From Botryllus schlosseri (Eukaryota), in NCBI GenBank assembly GCA_051294905.1, contig CM119373.1:4218001-4282000 (forward strand): 64,000 bases of DNA. The letters are read 5' to 3'. The notes under the pieces were generated by a model. The model saw only the letters and a program-made list of their open reading frames with translations, was not told the origin of the DNA and made no database searches. Positions 1-12,448 of the stretch are shown here, piece after piece (the stretch's first letter is position 1; each line of letters starts with the position of its first letter). The position numbers and the translations under genes were made by a program.

Positions 1-1900
1 ATTTCGTCAGACATTTCATGATGTAACACCTTTAAAACCAACGCAGTTCTATACAGACTTTTGGCTAAATCTGTTTTTCCGTAGCGTAGCACGTACCTAT
101 ACATAGTCAACTTTAATAACGGATTTAGCATGTTAATAATCGACTTAGTTTTAAATAAAATACGGAATATAAACTAATCGAAAAATTCGGTAACCAATTT
201 CGCGTAGGCTATGCATGCATACAAATGAGGAAAGTTACATCAACGCGTGTTAAAGTAGCTGTATCGAGTTATCGAATGATTTTCTCCTTACATCAAAACA
301 ACTAGAATGTATAACTAAATTAAAAAACGTATCTAAATGAGCTCCAGGGCATTGTGATTATGCTGCATGCCAAATTTCATCACACATTTCATGATGGAAC
401 AACTTTAAAACTAACGCAGTTCTATAGCAACTTTTGCCTAAATCTGTTTTCGGTAGCGTGTACATATACATAGTCAGATTTAATAACAGAATTATCATGC
501 TAATATGTGACTCCTCACCTTGAAACTTGGTACGTAGTTGTAGGACATTGTGATTATGCAGCATACCAAATTTCTTCACGCATTTCATAATGGAACAACT
601 TTAAAACTAACGCGGTTCTACATCGACTTTTTGCGTACATCTGTTTTGCGTGGGGGCGTATAGCACGTACCTATACATAGTCAACTTTAACAACGGAATT
701 ACCATGCTTAACATTGAATCCCAACTCGAAACTTGATACGTAGTTGTAGGACATTCTGGCAATGCACCATGCTAAATTTCATCACACATCTAATGATGGA
801 ACACCTTTAAAACTAACGCAGTCGAATACCGACTTTTACGCATATCTGTTTTGCGTGAACATAGCATATACCTATACATAGTCAATTTTAATAGCAGAAT
901 TACCGTGTTAAACATTGAATTCCCACCTTGAAAGTTGGTACGCGGTTATAGGAGATTATAACAATGCACCATACCAAATCCCATCACACATTTCATGATG
1001 GAACAACTTTATAACTAACGCGGCTCTACATCGACTTTTTGCGTACATCTGTTTTGTGGGAGCGTATAGCACGTAGCCTACCCATACATAACCATCTTTA
1101 ATAACGGAATTACCATGCTTAACATTGAATCCCAACTCGATACTTGATACGTAGTTATAGGACATTATGGCAATTCACCATGCTAAATTTCATCACACAT
1201 CTAATGATGGAACACCTTTGAAACTATCGCAGTCGAATACCAACTTTTACGCATATCTGTTTTTCGTGAACATAGCATATACCCATACATAGTCAATTTT
1301 AATAACAGAATTAGCATGCTAAACATTAAATTCTCACCTTGAACGTTGATACGTGGTTGTAGGACATAATAACAATGCACCATACCAAATTTCATCAGAC
1401 ATTTCATGATGTAACACCTTTAAAACCAACGCAGTTCTATACAGACTTTTGGCTAAATCTGTTTTTCCGTAGCGTAGCACGTACCTATACATAGTCAACT
1501 TTAATAACGGATTTAGCATGTTAATAATCGACTCCCCACCTTGAAACTCGGTACGCAGTTGTAAGACATTATGACAATGCACCATGTCAAATTTTGTTAC
1601 GCATTTCATGATTGAACAACTTTAAAACTAACGCAGTTCCATACCGACTTTTGCGAGTGCGTAGCACGTACCTATAAGCATACTCAACTTTCATAGCGGA
1701 ATTACCGAGCTAAACATTGAATGCGCAACTTGAAGATTGGTTCACAGGTGTAGGGCAGTATGACAATGGAACACATCAAATTTCATCACACATTTCATGA
1801 TGGAACACCTTTAAAACTAACGCAGTTCTATACCAACTTCGCGTGAATCTGTTTGCGGGAGCGTAGCACGTACCTATGCGTGATCAACTTTAGTGATGGA
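1..1900 (-). repeat. Mirror copy of the same ~200-bp satellite array on the left palindrome arm
   Basis: Reverse complement of ~4690-6588, including the HOR junction (cgacttagttttaaataaaatacgg near 141). Confidence 0.95.
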
Positions 1901-1979
1901 ATTACATATGTAATTAAGTTTCAACACTTTTACAATGATTCGTCTTGCTTCCTATAACACCCCACTCGAGAAAATGCGT

Positions 1980-3265
1980 CGTAGGATATAGATGAAACTA
2001 GCACCACTCATCAAGACCGCTGAAAACAGTACATTTCAACATTTAGTAGCAGTAAATTTCTAGTAAAGTACAAGACGTGATGATTTCCGAGTGAGTTAAA
2101 AAGTAAGTATTGCAGGTATAGTTTACCTGAAAACCGAATACTCTGAAATAGAAGTAGATGCAGTGTAAATAGTTAATCACTTGATTAAGTTTAGTGCAAG
2201 CAGATAAAACCTATACTTGAGTAGTACAAAATGCACGAGTACTTCGCTATCGCCTCCCTCCACGTAATAAGTGTCTACGGTTTAAGACTGCTTTTACCGA
2301 TACTCGTCGGTTTCAGTTTTAGATAGAATTCGGAAACCAAATAATTTCATAAACATAAGCTAATTTAATGAATTTACTCGAATGTACTATGCCGCGCTGA
2401 TAAGATTAATTATAATATACTTATCATGTTACAGCGATTTTTCTAGCGTAGAAATCTTTAAAATGTAGTAAGCAGACCAAATGAAGATATTCGTTGAGCT
2501 GAATAAACATAAAAAATACTCTAGACTACTTTATCGGTACTTTACAGTTACAGTTTTAGATAAAATTTGTCCCTTTCACCTATAATTACAACTCCTCGCT
2601 ATCTAAACATGTTTAGAATATATTATTTGCGATGATACGAACCCGTGAAGTACTCAAGTTGCTTTTCGTAGGATATAGATGAAACTGACAACACTCACCA
2701 AGACCAGTGATCCACTGAAAAAAGTACATTGTAGCAGTAAAGTCCTACTAAAGTACAAGAAGTAATGATATCCCAGTTAGTTAAAAAGTAAGTATTGAGG
2801 TATAGTTTGCTCGAAAAAGCGAAAAACTCTGAAATAGAAGTAGATGCAGTGTAAATAGGTAATCACTTCATTAAGTATAGCGCAAGCAGGCCAAACCTAT
2901 ACTTAAGTACTGCAAATGTACAAGTACTTCGCTATGTTCTCCCTCCACGTAAAAAGTGACTAGGTTTTAGAGTACTTTATCGGTACTCGACAGTTTCAGT
3001 GTTAGATAAAATTTGGTAAGACTTTAAATTTTAAAGTAGTTTGAGCTTACGTTTGTATCACCCTGACAAGTAACATTATCAGACATGAAAATGATACTAT
3101 CACCGAATATAGAAGTTAACACGCGTCAATGTGCTTCGGAATTCACGAGAAATTGCTTACTAAGAGAAGTATATTGTTGTATACACAATAGTGGAGAGAA
3201 TATTTAAAATGTAGTAAGCAGGCCGATGGGTATTCGTTTAGTTGTATAGACATAAAAAACATTCC
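1980..3265 (+). repeat. Older ~690-bp direct duplication inside the palindrome arm (mirrored at ~3325-4610)
   Basis: cgtaggatatagatgaaact...ctctgaaatagaagtagatgcagtgtaaatag starts at ~1980 and again at ~2667. taaaatgtagtaagcag...cataaaaaa occurs at ~2459 and ~3205. The copies are clearly diverged. Confidence 0.85.
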
Positions 3266-4689
3266 CGCGCGCGTCTTAGTATTAGGTGGTAGGGTTAGGA
3301 AGTGTTTTGTTTAAGAGCGCGCGGGAATGTTTTTTATGTCTATACAACTAAACGAATACCCATCGGCCTGCTTACTACATTTTAAATATTCTCTCCACTA
3401 TTGTGTATACAACAATATACTTCTCTTAGTAAGCAATTTCTCGTGAATTCCGAAGCACATTGACGCGTGTTAACTTCTATATTCGGTGATAGTATCATTT
3501 TCATGTCTGATAATGTTACTTGTCAGGGTGATACAAACGTAAGCTCAAACTACTTTAAAATTTAAAGTCTTACCAAATTTTATCTAACACTGAAACTGTC
3601 GAGTACCGATAAAGTACTCTAAAACCTAGTCACTTTTTACGTGGAGGGAGAACATAGCGAAGTACTTGTACATTTGCAGTACTTAAGTATAGGTTTGGCC
3701 TGCTTGCGCTATACTTAATGAAGTGATTACCTATTTACACTGCATCTACTTCTATTTCAGAGTTTTTCGCTTTTTCGAGCAAACTATACCTCAATACTTA
3801 CTTTTTAACTAACTGGGATATCATTACTTCTTGTACTTTAGTAGGACTTTACTGCTACAATGTACTTTTTTCAGTGGATCACTGGTCTTGGTGAGTGTTG
3901 TCAGTTTCATCTATATCCTACGAAAAGCAACTTGAGTACTTCACGGGTTCGTATCATCGCAAATAATATATTCTAAACATGTTTAGATAGCGAGGAGTTG
4001 TAATTATAGGTGAAAGGGACAAATTTTATCTAAAACTGTAACTGTAAAGTACCGATAAAGTAGTCTAGAGTATTTTTTATGTTTATTCAGCTCAACGAAT
4101 ATCTTCATTTGGTCTGCTTACTACATTTTAAAGATTTCTACGCTAGAAAAATCGCTGTAACATGATAAGTATATTATAATTAATCTTATCAGCGCGGCAT
4201 AGTACATTCGAGTAAATTCATTAAATTAGCTTATGTTTATGAAATTATTTGGTTTCCGAATTCTATCTAAAACTGAAACCGACGAGTATCGGTAAAAGCA
4301 GTCTTAAACCGTAGACACTTATTACGTGGAGGGAGGCGATAGCGAAGTACTCGTGCATTTTGTACTACTCAAGTATAGGTTTTATCTGCTTGCACTAAAC
4401 TTAATCAAGTGATTAACTATTTACACTGCATCTACTTCTATTTCAGAGTATTCGGTTTTCAGGTAAACTATACCTGCAATACTTACTTTTTAACTCACTC
4501 GGAAATCATCACGTCTTGTACTTTACTAGAAATTTACTGCTACTAAATGTTGAAATGTACTGTTTTCAGCGGTCTTGATGAGTGGTGCTAGTTTCATCTA
4601 TATCCTACGACGCATTTTCTCGAGTGGGGTGTTATAGGAAGCAAGACGAATCATTGTAAAAGTGTTGAAACTTAATTACATATGTAATT

Positions 4690-7600
4690 CCATCACTAAA
4701 GTTGATCACGCATAGGTACGTGCTACGCTCCCGCAAACAGATTCACGCGAAGTTGGTATAGAACTGCGTTAGTTTTAAAGGTGTTCCATCATGAAATGTG
4801 TGATGAAATTTGATGTGTTCCATTGTCATACTGCCCTACACCTGTGAACCAATCTTCAAGTTGCGCATTCAATGTTTAGCTCGGTAATTCCGCTATGAAA
4901 GTTGAGTATGCATATAGGTACGTGCTACGCACTCGCAAAAGTCGGTATGGAACTGCGTTAGTTTTAAAGTTGTTCAATCATGAAATGCGTAACAAAATTT
5001 GACATGGTGCATTGTCATAATGTCTTACAACTGCGTACCGAGTTTCAAGGTGGGGAGTCGATTATTAACATGCTAAATCCGTTATTAAAGTTGACTATGT
5101 ATAGGTACGTGCTACGCTACGGAAAAACAGATTTAGCCAAAAGTCTGTATAGAACTGCGTTGGTTTTAAAGGTGTTACATCATGAAATGTCTGACGAAAT
5201 TTGGTATGGTGCATTGTTATTATGTCCTACAACCACGTATCAACGTTCAAGGTGAGAATTTAATGTTTAGCATGCTAATTCTGTTATTAAAATTGACTAT
5301 GTATGGGTATATGCTATGTTCACGAAAAACAGATATGCGTAAAAGTTGGTATTCGACTGCGATAGTTTCAAAGGTGTTCCATCATTAGATGTGTGATGAA
5401 ATTTAGCATGGTGAATTGCCATAATGTCCTATAACTACGTATCAAGTATCGAGTTGGGATTCAATGTTAAGCATGGTAATTCCGTTATTAAAGATGGTTA
5501 TGTATGGGTAGGCTACGTGCTATACGCTCCCACAAAACAGATGTACGCAAAAAGTCGATGTAGAGCCGCGTTAGTTATAAAGTTGTTCCATCATGAAATG
5601 TGTGATGGGATTTGGTATGGTGCATTGTTATAATCTCCTATAACCGCGTACCAACTTTCAAGGTGGGAATTCAATGTTTAACACGGTAATTCTGCTATTA
5701 AAATTGACTATGTATAGGTATATGCTATGTTCACGCAAAACAGATATGCGTAAAAGTCGGTATTCGACTGCGTTAGTTTTAAAGGTGTTCCATCATTAGA
5801 TGTGTGATGAAATTTAGCATGGTGCATTGCCATAATGTCCTACAACTACGTATCAAGTTTCGAGTTGGGATTCAATGTTAAGCATGGTAATTCCGTTGTT
5901 AAAGTTGACTATGTATAGGTACGTGCTATACGCCCCCACGCAAAACAGATGTACGCAAAAAGTCGATGTAGAACCGCGTTAGTTTTAAAGTTGTTCCATT
6001 ATGAAATGCGTGAAGAAATTTGGTATGCTGCATAATCACAATGTCCTACAACTACGTACCAAGTTTCAAGGTGAGGAGTCACATATTAGCATGATAATTC
6101 TGTTATTAAATCTGACTATGTATATGTACACGCTACCGAAAACAGATTTAGGCAAAAGTTGCTATAGAACTGCGTTAGTTTTAAAGTTGTTCCATCATGA
6201 AATGTGTGATGAAATTTGGTATGCAGCATAATCACAATGCCCTGGAGCTCATTTAGATACGTTTTTTAATTTAGTTATACATTCTAGTTGTTTTGATGTA
6301 AGGAGAAAATCATTCGATAACTCGATACAGCTACTTTAACACGCGTTGATGTAACTTTCCTCATTTGTATGCATGCATAGCCTACGCGAAATTGGTTACC
6401 GAATTTTTCGATTAGTTTATATTCCGTATTTTATTTAAAACTAAGTCGATTATTAACATGCTAAATCCGTTATTAAAGTTGACTATGTATAGGTACGTGC
6501 TACGCTACGGAAAAACAGATTTAGCCAAAAGTCTGTATAGAACTGCGTTGGTTTTAAAGGTGTTACATCATGAAATGTCTGACGAAATTTGGTATGGTGC
6601 ATTGTTATTATGTCCCACAACCGCGTTTCAACGTTCAAGGTGAGAATTTAATGTTTAGCATGCTAATTCTGTTATTAAAATTGACTATGTATGGGTATAT
6701 GCTATGTTCACGAAAAACAGATATGCGTAAAAGTTGGTATTCGACTGCGATAGTTTCAAAGGTGTTCCATCATTAGATGTGTGATGAAATTTAGCATGGT
6801 GAATTGCCATAATGTTCTATAACTACGTATCAAGTTTCGAGTTGGGATTCAATGTTAAGCATGGTAATTCCGTTATTAAAGTTGGCTATGTATGGGTAGG
6901 CTACGTGCTATACGCTCCCACAAAACAGATGTACGCAAAAAGTCGATGTAGAGCCGCGTTAGTTTTAAAGTTGTTCCATCATGAAATGTGTGATGGGATT
7001 TGGTATGGTGCATTGTTATAATCTCCTATAACCGCGTACCCACTTTCAAGGTGGGAATTCAATGTTTAACACGGTAATTCTGCTATTAAAATTGACTATG
7101 TATAGGTATATGCTATGTTCACGCAAAACAGATATGCGTAAAAGTCGGTATTCGACTGCGTTAGTTTTAAAGGTGTTCCATCATTAGATGTGTGATGAAA
7201 TTTAGCATGGTGCATTACCATAATGTCCTACAACTACGTATCAAGTTTCGAGTTGGGATTCAATGTTAAGCATGGTAATTCCGTTGTTAAAGTTGACTAT
7301 GTATAGGTACGTGCTATACGCCCCCCACGCAAAACAGATGTACGCAAAAAGTCGATGTAGAACCGCGTTAGTTTTAAAGTTGTTCCATTATGAAATGCGT
7401 GAGGAAATTTGGTATGCTGCATAATCACAATGTCCTACAACTACGTACCAAGTTTCAAGGTGAGGAGTCACATATTAGCATGATAATTCTGTTATTAAAT
7501 CTGACTATGTATATGTACACGCTACCGAAAACAGATTTAGGCAAAAGTTGCTATAGAACTGCGTTAGTTTTAAAGTTGTTCCATCATGAAATGTGTGATG

Positions 7601-7830
7601 AAATTTGGTATGCAGCATAATCACAATGCCCTGGAGCTCATTTAGATACGTTTTTTAATTTAGTTATACATTCTAGTTGTTTTGATGTAAGGAGAAAATC
7701 ATTCGATAACTCGATACAGCTACTTTAACACGCGTTGATGTAACTTTCCTCATTTGTATGCATGCATAGCCTACGCGAAATTGGTTACCGAATTTTTCGA
7801 TTAGTTTATATTCCGTATTTTATTTAAAAC
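4690..7830 (+). repeat. Satellite array: ~190-210 bp monomers, 411-bp dimers, 1388-bp higher-order unit in two copies (~5057-6444, ~6445-7830)
   Basis: A catcatgaaatgtgtgatgaaattt-like motif recurs at ~4787, 4976, 5178, 5380, 5589, 5791, 5996 and 6193. Near-identical ORFs are offset by 1388-1389 bp (5182/6570, 5424/6812, 6001/7390). Confidence 0.95.
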
Positions 7831-10800
7831 TGAAACTGTTAAGTATTACTTAAAGTGTTATAAAATGTGAAAAAGTATACGTAGAATTATTATTATGTCA
7901 TGAACAAGTAGTTTACAAATTCATACGATTTTTCTTGTTGCGTTCCGGGATATAATGTAATTTTTCGCTCTTTTTTATTTTTTATTTTTTCAATAAAATT
8001 AGTATTCATTTTACAAAAAACGTCGTGTAAAGATAAAGTACTTGAACACTAAACCCGTAACACAGTGGCGCAATAGCCCAGATCAGTCCAAGCTTAGGAG
8101 AGTAGATGACTTCTGCAGTGCCATTCAGTGCTCCACCGCCGATCCAAGATGCTGCATATATGTCAAACATACACGCGGTCAATATCAGTCTATTATACTG
8201 AGTTTTGGCATCGGTTTCAATAACCTGTCATTGTGCAAATTCCTAATGGTCTTAGTATGAACCGACATGCATTCGACTTATGGAAAAATGTGTCGCACAC
8301 TATTTCACCGAGATTACAACCCTTTCACGGTTCACAACTTGATATATCAACTTCACAGGGTAGTTCGGATTCTCAGGTAGACTTGAATCGTGATCCGGAT
8401 CTCGGAATATAGTAAAATCAGGGTATGTAGTTTAATTACTCACTCACTACTCTATATGTTGGTGGTGGTCATACCCTGCAAACTTTTTTTTTTTTGCTGC
8501 GAACGTAGTGTTTCACCTTACATCAGTTGGTTCAATGTATGTACCGGGTTGTGAAAACTGTCGCTGTTTTGACTATGTGTCACAATCAATACTAAATACG
8601 AGAATTCGTTACTCGTCGAAACGCCGCAGTCAGACATCGTTAACAGCGATTCCATGTATGGCAATCTTGAGTTCAATTGCGGTTTGTGATGTTAACCAAG
8701 CGGCTGTGTTTCTGCGGTGTGAAGACTGAATTCATGTTGTTTCCCCGCAGGAGTGCGATGTCTATTTCACACCTAGAGCAATTATAAAACGCATCTTCGA
8801 AACTTAATGGAAAATGCGTGAGCTCGACTAACTTTTTACGTAGTTCGAAATCGCTACTTCTATGCATTAATTCAAAGTATTTGTCAGTCATCGTAACACC
8901 GCTCATATGGCGCGCTATCTATTTATTTCAGAGATAACGAATTACTCCTGCTTTTATCAGAGGATACTTTTCTAGGATTTGCCTACTAACAGTACTTAGT
9001 TTAGATTAATAAAAGTATAGTGATTGAAAATAGATCACTGGAATATAGTTTACAGAAAACTCCACAATTCTATGTGACGTCCTTGCATACCAACAACCTT
9101 CGAACTATTCGCCGCCTCATAAACACTTGAGTAGGCCTACATCTGATGCGTGAGGGGAAAACATAGTTAAATTTTCATATGCATTTAGTTTCCAACTCTG
9201 AAAGCAAGCTTAGTCTATGATCATTCGCGTACCATTAGTATTCATTTTACAAAAACGTCGTGTAAAGGTAAAGTACTTGTACATTTCGGAGTACTCAAGT
9301 ATCAGTTTTGTCAGCTTATTATATGCTCAGTATATTATACGTCACAAATTGTGGAGCATTTATGTGGGTGCTCCGGGGTGCTCTTCATTGAGTGTTCGTG
9401 TTGGGTGATAAGTTTAATTTGCAAAATTAGCGTGTTCAAATCAGGTCTGTCGCCAACATAGTGATGTCGCATTAGCCCTAAATACACATAATAGAATATA
9501 AAGGAAAAGTATCATCTAACGTATAATGAATGTTATCTATTTCTCGGAAGCAAGTTATTATCAAAACATAGTGGTCAAAATTATCGCAGAGCAATATCGA
9601 TTTGCGTAAATTCCGTTATGCGTCTGACTACGTTACTAGGGATTATGTAGTTAGTTAAGGAATTAGGAGTCCTATCTTCCCAATCGGTATGGAACAACAT
9701 CAAAATCATCACAAAGCAATATCGACAAAATCTGCTTACTTTTATAACTTTATATTTTGTGAAGTAGAGAGTAGTTTAAGGTTATGTTTGTCTAACCTTG
9801 GCGAGTGCTATTGTCACACTCGATCACCATCTTCAAATCATGGCTATCTCAATGATGTTGACTAAATTTTCGGCTTCGGAACGTGTTAATTAGACCTAAT
9901 CGTTTTAACGCTGGGGTTCGCGTACAGGCATCGATAGAGTTTGTATAAATAAAGCCCTGCGAATCGCACGCCTACGGCTATAGTTCATTCGATTATTTTC
10001 ACCTTGGGATTCGCGTATATGCTACTAAGCTGTTACGACTTTAGAAAATTCTACAAGACTATTCGGAACGCGCACATGCGAGTGATTTGTTTCCGTAGCT
10101 CCGAACTGGAGAATCGCTTGCCTGCGTCTAATGAAAATAAGTCGTAAAATGTGGAGGCTGCAGAGACAGTAACTTGTATACATAAAATCAAGTTTAAAAA
10201 TATGGACGGATGAGTTATCTCTGAGCAATAGAGTAATATAACCGCCTATAGTTTAGTGGGGTATTGCTATAATGTATATCCAAACAATCGTTGCAGACTC
10301 TGAATGTTACCTAGGTCCTTATCACAAAAAATCATGCATCAGAAGCGTAGGGGTTCATATTATCAAGTCGCAGCGCTCAAAATCACATTTTATATTAAGT
10401 AATTAGTGATGATGTGTAGAATTTTGATATTAATAATATTATCCGGAGAATATAACCTTACATAGACATCATAGTTTTCGCATTTATGTATAATCTGAAT
10501 AGGAATTTAAATACATAGTCCTAAATACACATAATAGAAAATCTGTCGATTCTAGCCAAGGTAAGTTTTGACGTAGCAATCTTAAGTCGTAAAATGTGGA
10601 AACTGCAGAAACCGTAACTTGTACACATAAAATCAAGTTTAAAAAATATGGACGGATGATATTAGTCCTAAATACACATAATACAATATCTGAGAAAAGT
10701 ATCAAGATGCGGAAATCAATGCAGCGATGATATAGCAATGGGTGGATGATGTGGCAATAGGCGTGCTATAGGTGCGGCAATGGGCGGATGATGTGGCAAT

Positions 10801-11781
10801 GTAGGCGTGGCAATTAAGGCGACGTGGCCTTCTGGGATTGGTCTGCGTATATTTGACCAAACCTCACTACTCTCATGTCCAATTTCCCCGTCAATCTGTG
10901 GTTCAAAACTCACACAAATATTCGCTACAATAGCCAACAGCAGAGTGTCCAATTATCCATTCTTTTCCCACATATTATCATATCTCATGAAGTTACAATG
11001 CGTGCTGGAGTGTGGCATATCGTAACGTCCCTCCAAGACAAGCTATATATTTTTGAATTACAATGATGGTTATGTCAAATAGATATTGCGTGATGATCAT
11101 CCGACCAAAGGGTGGAAAATTATTTCCAAGTTTAACAAATACTTAACGATATTCATATGACTTCTACATCCTCAGAGTCTACGATTTTAAAACTCTATTG
11201 GTTGTTTACGGAGTGGAAGTTACGATAAGCAAATTTAATTTGTAACGCGACAGCCGTCGAATAGAATTCGTTTTCATGATATTTAGATTGAAAAAATTAT
11301 CATTAATATTACTTTCATTCATATGCGCGTTACCCAACTTTGTTTTCTTCAAATAGATGTTGACCCGAATGGGGGAGTCATGAATCACAATTTGAGATAT
11401 GAACATTTGAACACAAACAGTGAGCGATTTTATGAGATATGCAATCAATTAGACAAATCGAAACTAGGATTATTGTCATCGTTCTGACAAAACTGTCAAA
11501 GTATAGAAAAAGTATGGAAGTATGGAAAAACGTTCCGTACAATACAAATTTCCATAGCATACCATACTTGGACTTATCCATATTCCATACCGAAATGCCG
11601 TTCCATACCATACCATACTTCCATACCATTCCGTACCATGCCCTGTAGACAAGTACTGTCCCAACATAACAATGCATTCGACTCAGTCGGAATATTAATC
11701 CGCAGGAATAGTCAAAATCATGTGCTGAGATGCGATTCGAAACCCGTTCTCTCCGTCATATATTGAAGATGACCACTTAAG

Positions 11782-12298
11782 CAGGGGTGGGCGAACTACG
11801 GCCCGCAACACCGTTCTGTGCGGCCCGCGAGAGTCTAAAGAAACTTGTTTAAAATATTGATCAAAAGTGTACTAAAATCGAATTATTGCAGGGACTTGAT
11901 CAAACTTTTTGTTAGTATATTTCACCATGATAATTCTAGGGCAGTGGTTCGCAAACTGGGGGCGTGAAAGCGTCTGAAGGGAGGCGCGAAGCTGAGCCCA
12001 AATGAAACAATTTTTCGCGCTCCGCGCGATTCATATTCATTTCATAATTATCGCTATATATTTAGTAACCTTCGTAACCTTCTACGCCATCAAACTATCT
12101 GTTGGGTTGCATTTACGACAAGACCATAAGGGTGGCGCACCATCATAGGGGGGTCGTGTCTTCAAAAGTTTCGGAGCCACTCTTCTAAGGTAAATACTTC
12201 CTGTTTTATTTGTGTCATCCCAGTTTTATAAAGTGCGGCCCGCAAATGGATTCAGATGTTGAATGCAGCCCGCGAGCTCAAAAGTTTGCCCACCCCTG
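11782..12298. mobile_element. Composite hAT-type MITE (caggggtgggc TIR) containing a nested MITE at 11942-12182
   Basis: TIRs caggggtgggcgaact / agtttgcccacccctg. The inner element cagtggttcgcaaa...gagccactc is flanked by ttctaggg/ttctaagg. Homologous to 37949-39045 and 62032-63178 in opposite orientation. Confidence 0.85.
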
Positions 12299-12448
12299 AC
12301 TTAAACGCTCACAGCAACGTTACTACCATGATTTAATTTTATGTTCTGGAAAGTGAGTAAAGGTACTCATTAGATTTCGTGTTTAACTATTTTTGAACTA
12401 TCTTAAACTATTCCTGAATGTAGAAGGGTATTTTGATAGATTATAGGT

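Larger units (their letters stand above)
1..6588. repeat. Giant inverted repeat (palindrome): left arm 1-3272, spacer 3273-3316, right arm 3317-6588; left arm runs off the window
   Basis: Mirror ORFs have a constant coordinate sum of 6589 (358/6231, 956/5633, 1201/5388, 1334/5255). Direct reading confirms reverse complementarity up to attcccgcgcgc / gcgcgcgggaat. Mismatches seen at 369/6220, 756/5833, 1394/5195 and 1677/4912. Confidence 0.97.

Noticed and set aside
3273..3316. Spacer as a leftover PacBio SMRTbell adapter (similar length)
   Set aside because: The sequence does not resemble the adapter as I recall it (ctctctct/cctcctcc/gttgttgtt runs are absent).
358..7620. Repeated 60-90 aa ORFs (MKC..KFG...) on both strands
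   Set aside because: They are translations of the satellite monomer, with frames broken between monomers and no domain or splice support.
4690..7830. CRISPR-like array
   Set aside because: Whole ~200-bp units are homologous with no unique spacers, and the context is eukaryotic.
11490..11645. ccatac repeats giving WYG-rich ORFs
   Set aside because: Most likely the subterminal repeats of a transposon end (finishing ccatgccctg); the partner end was not found, so it was not called.
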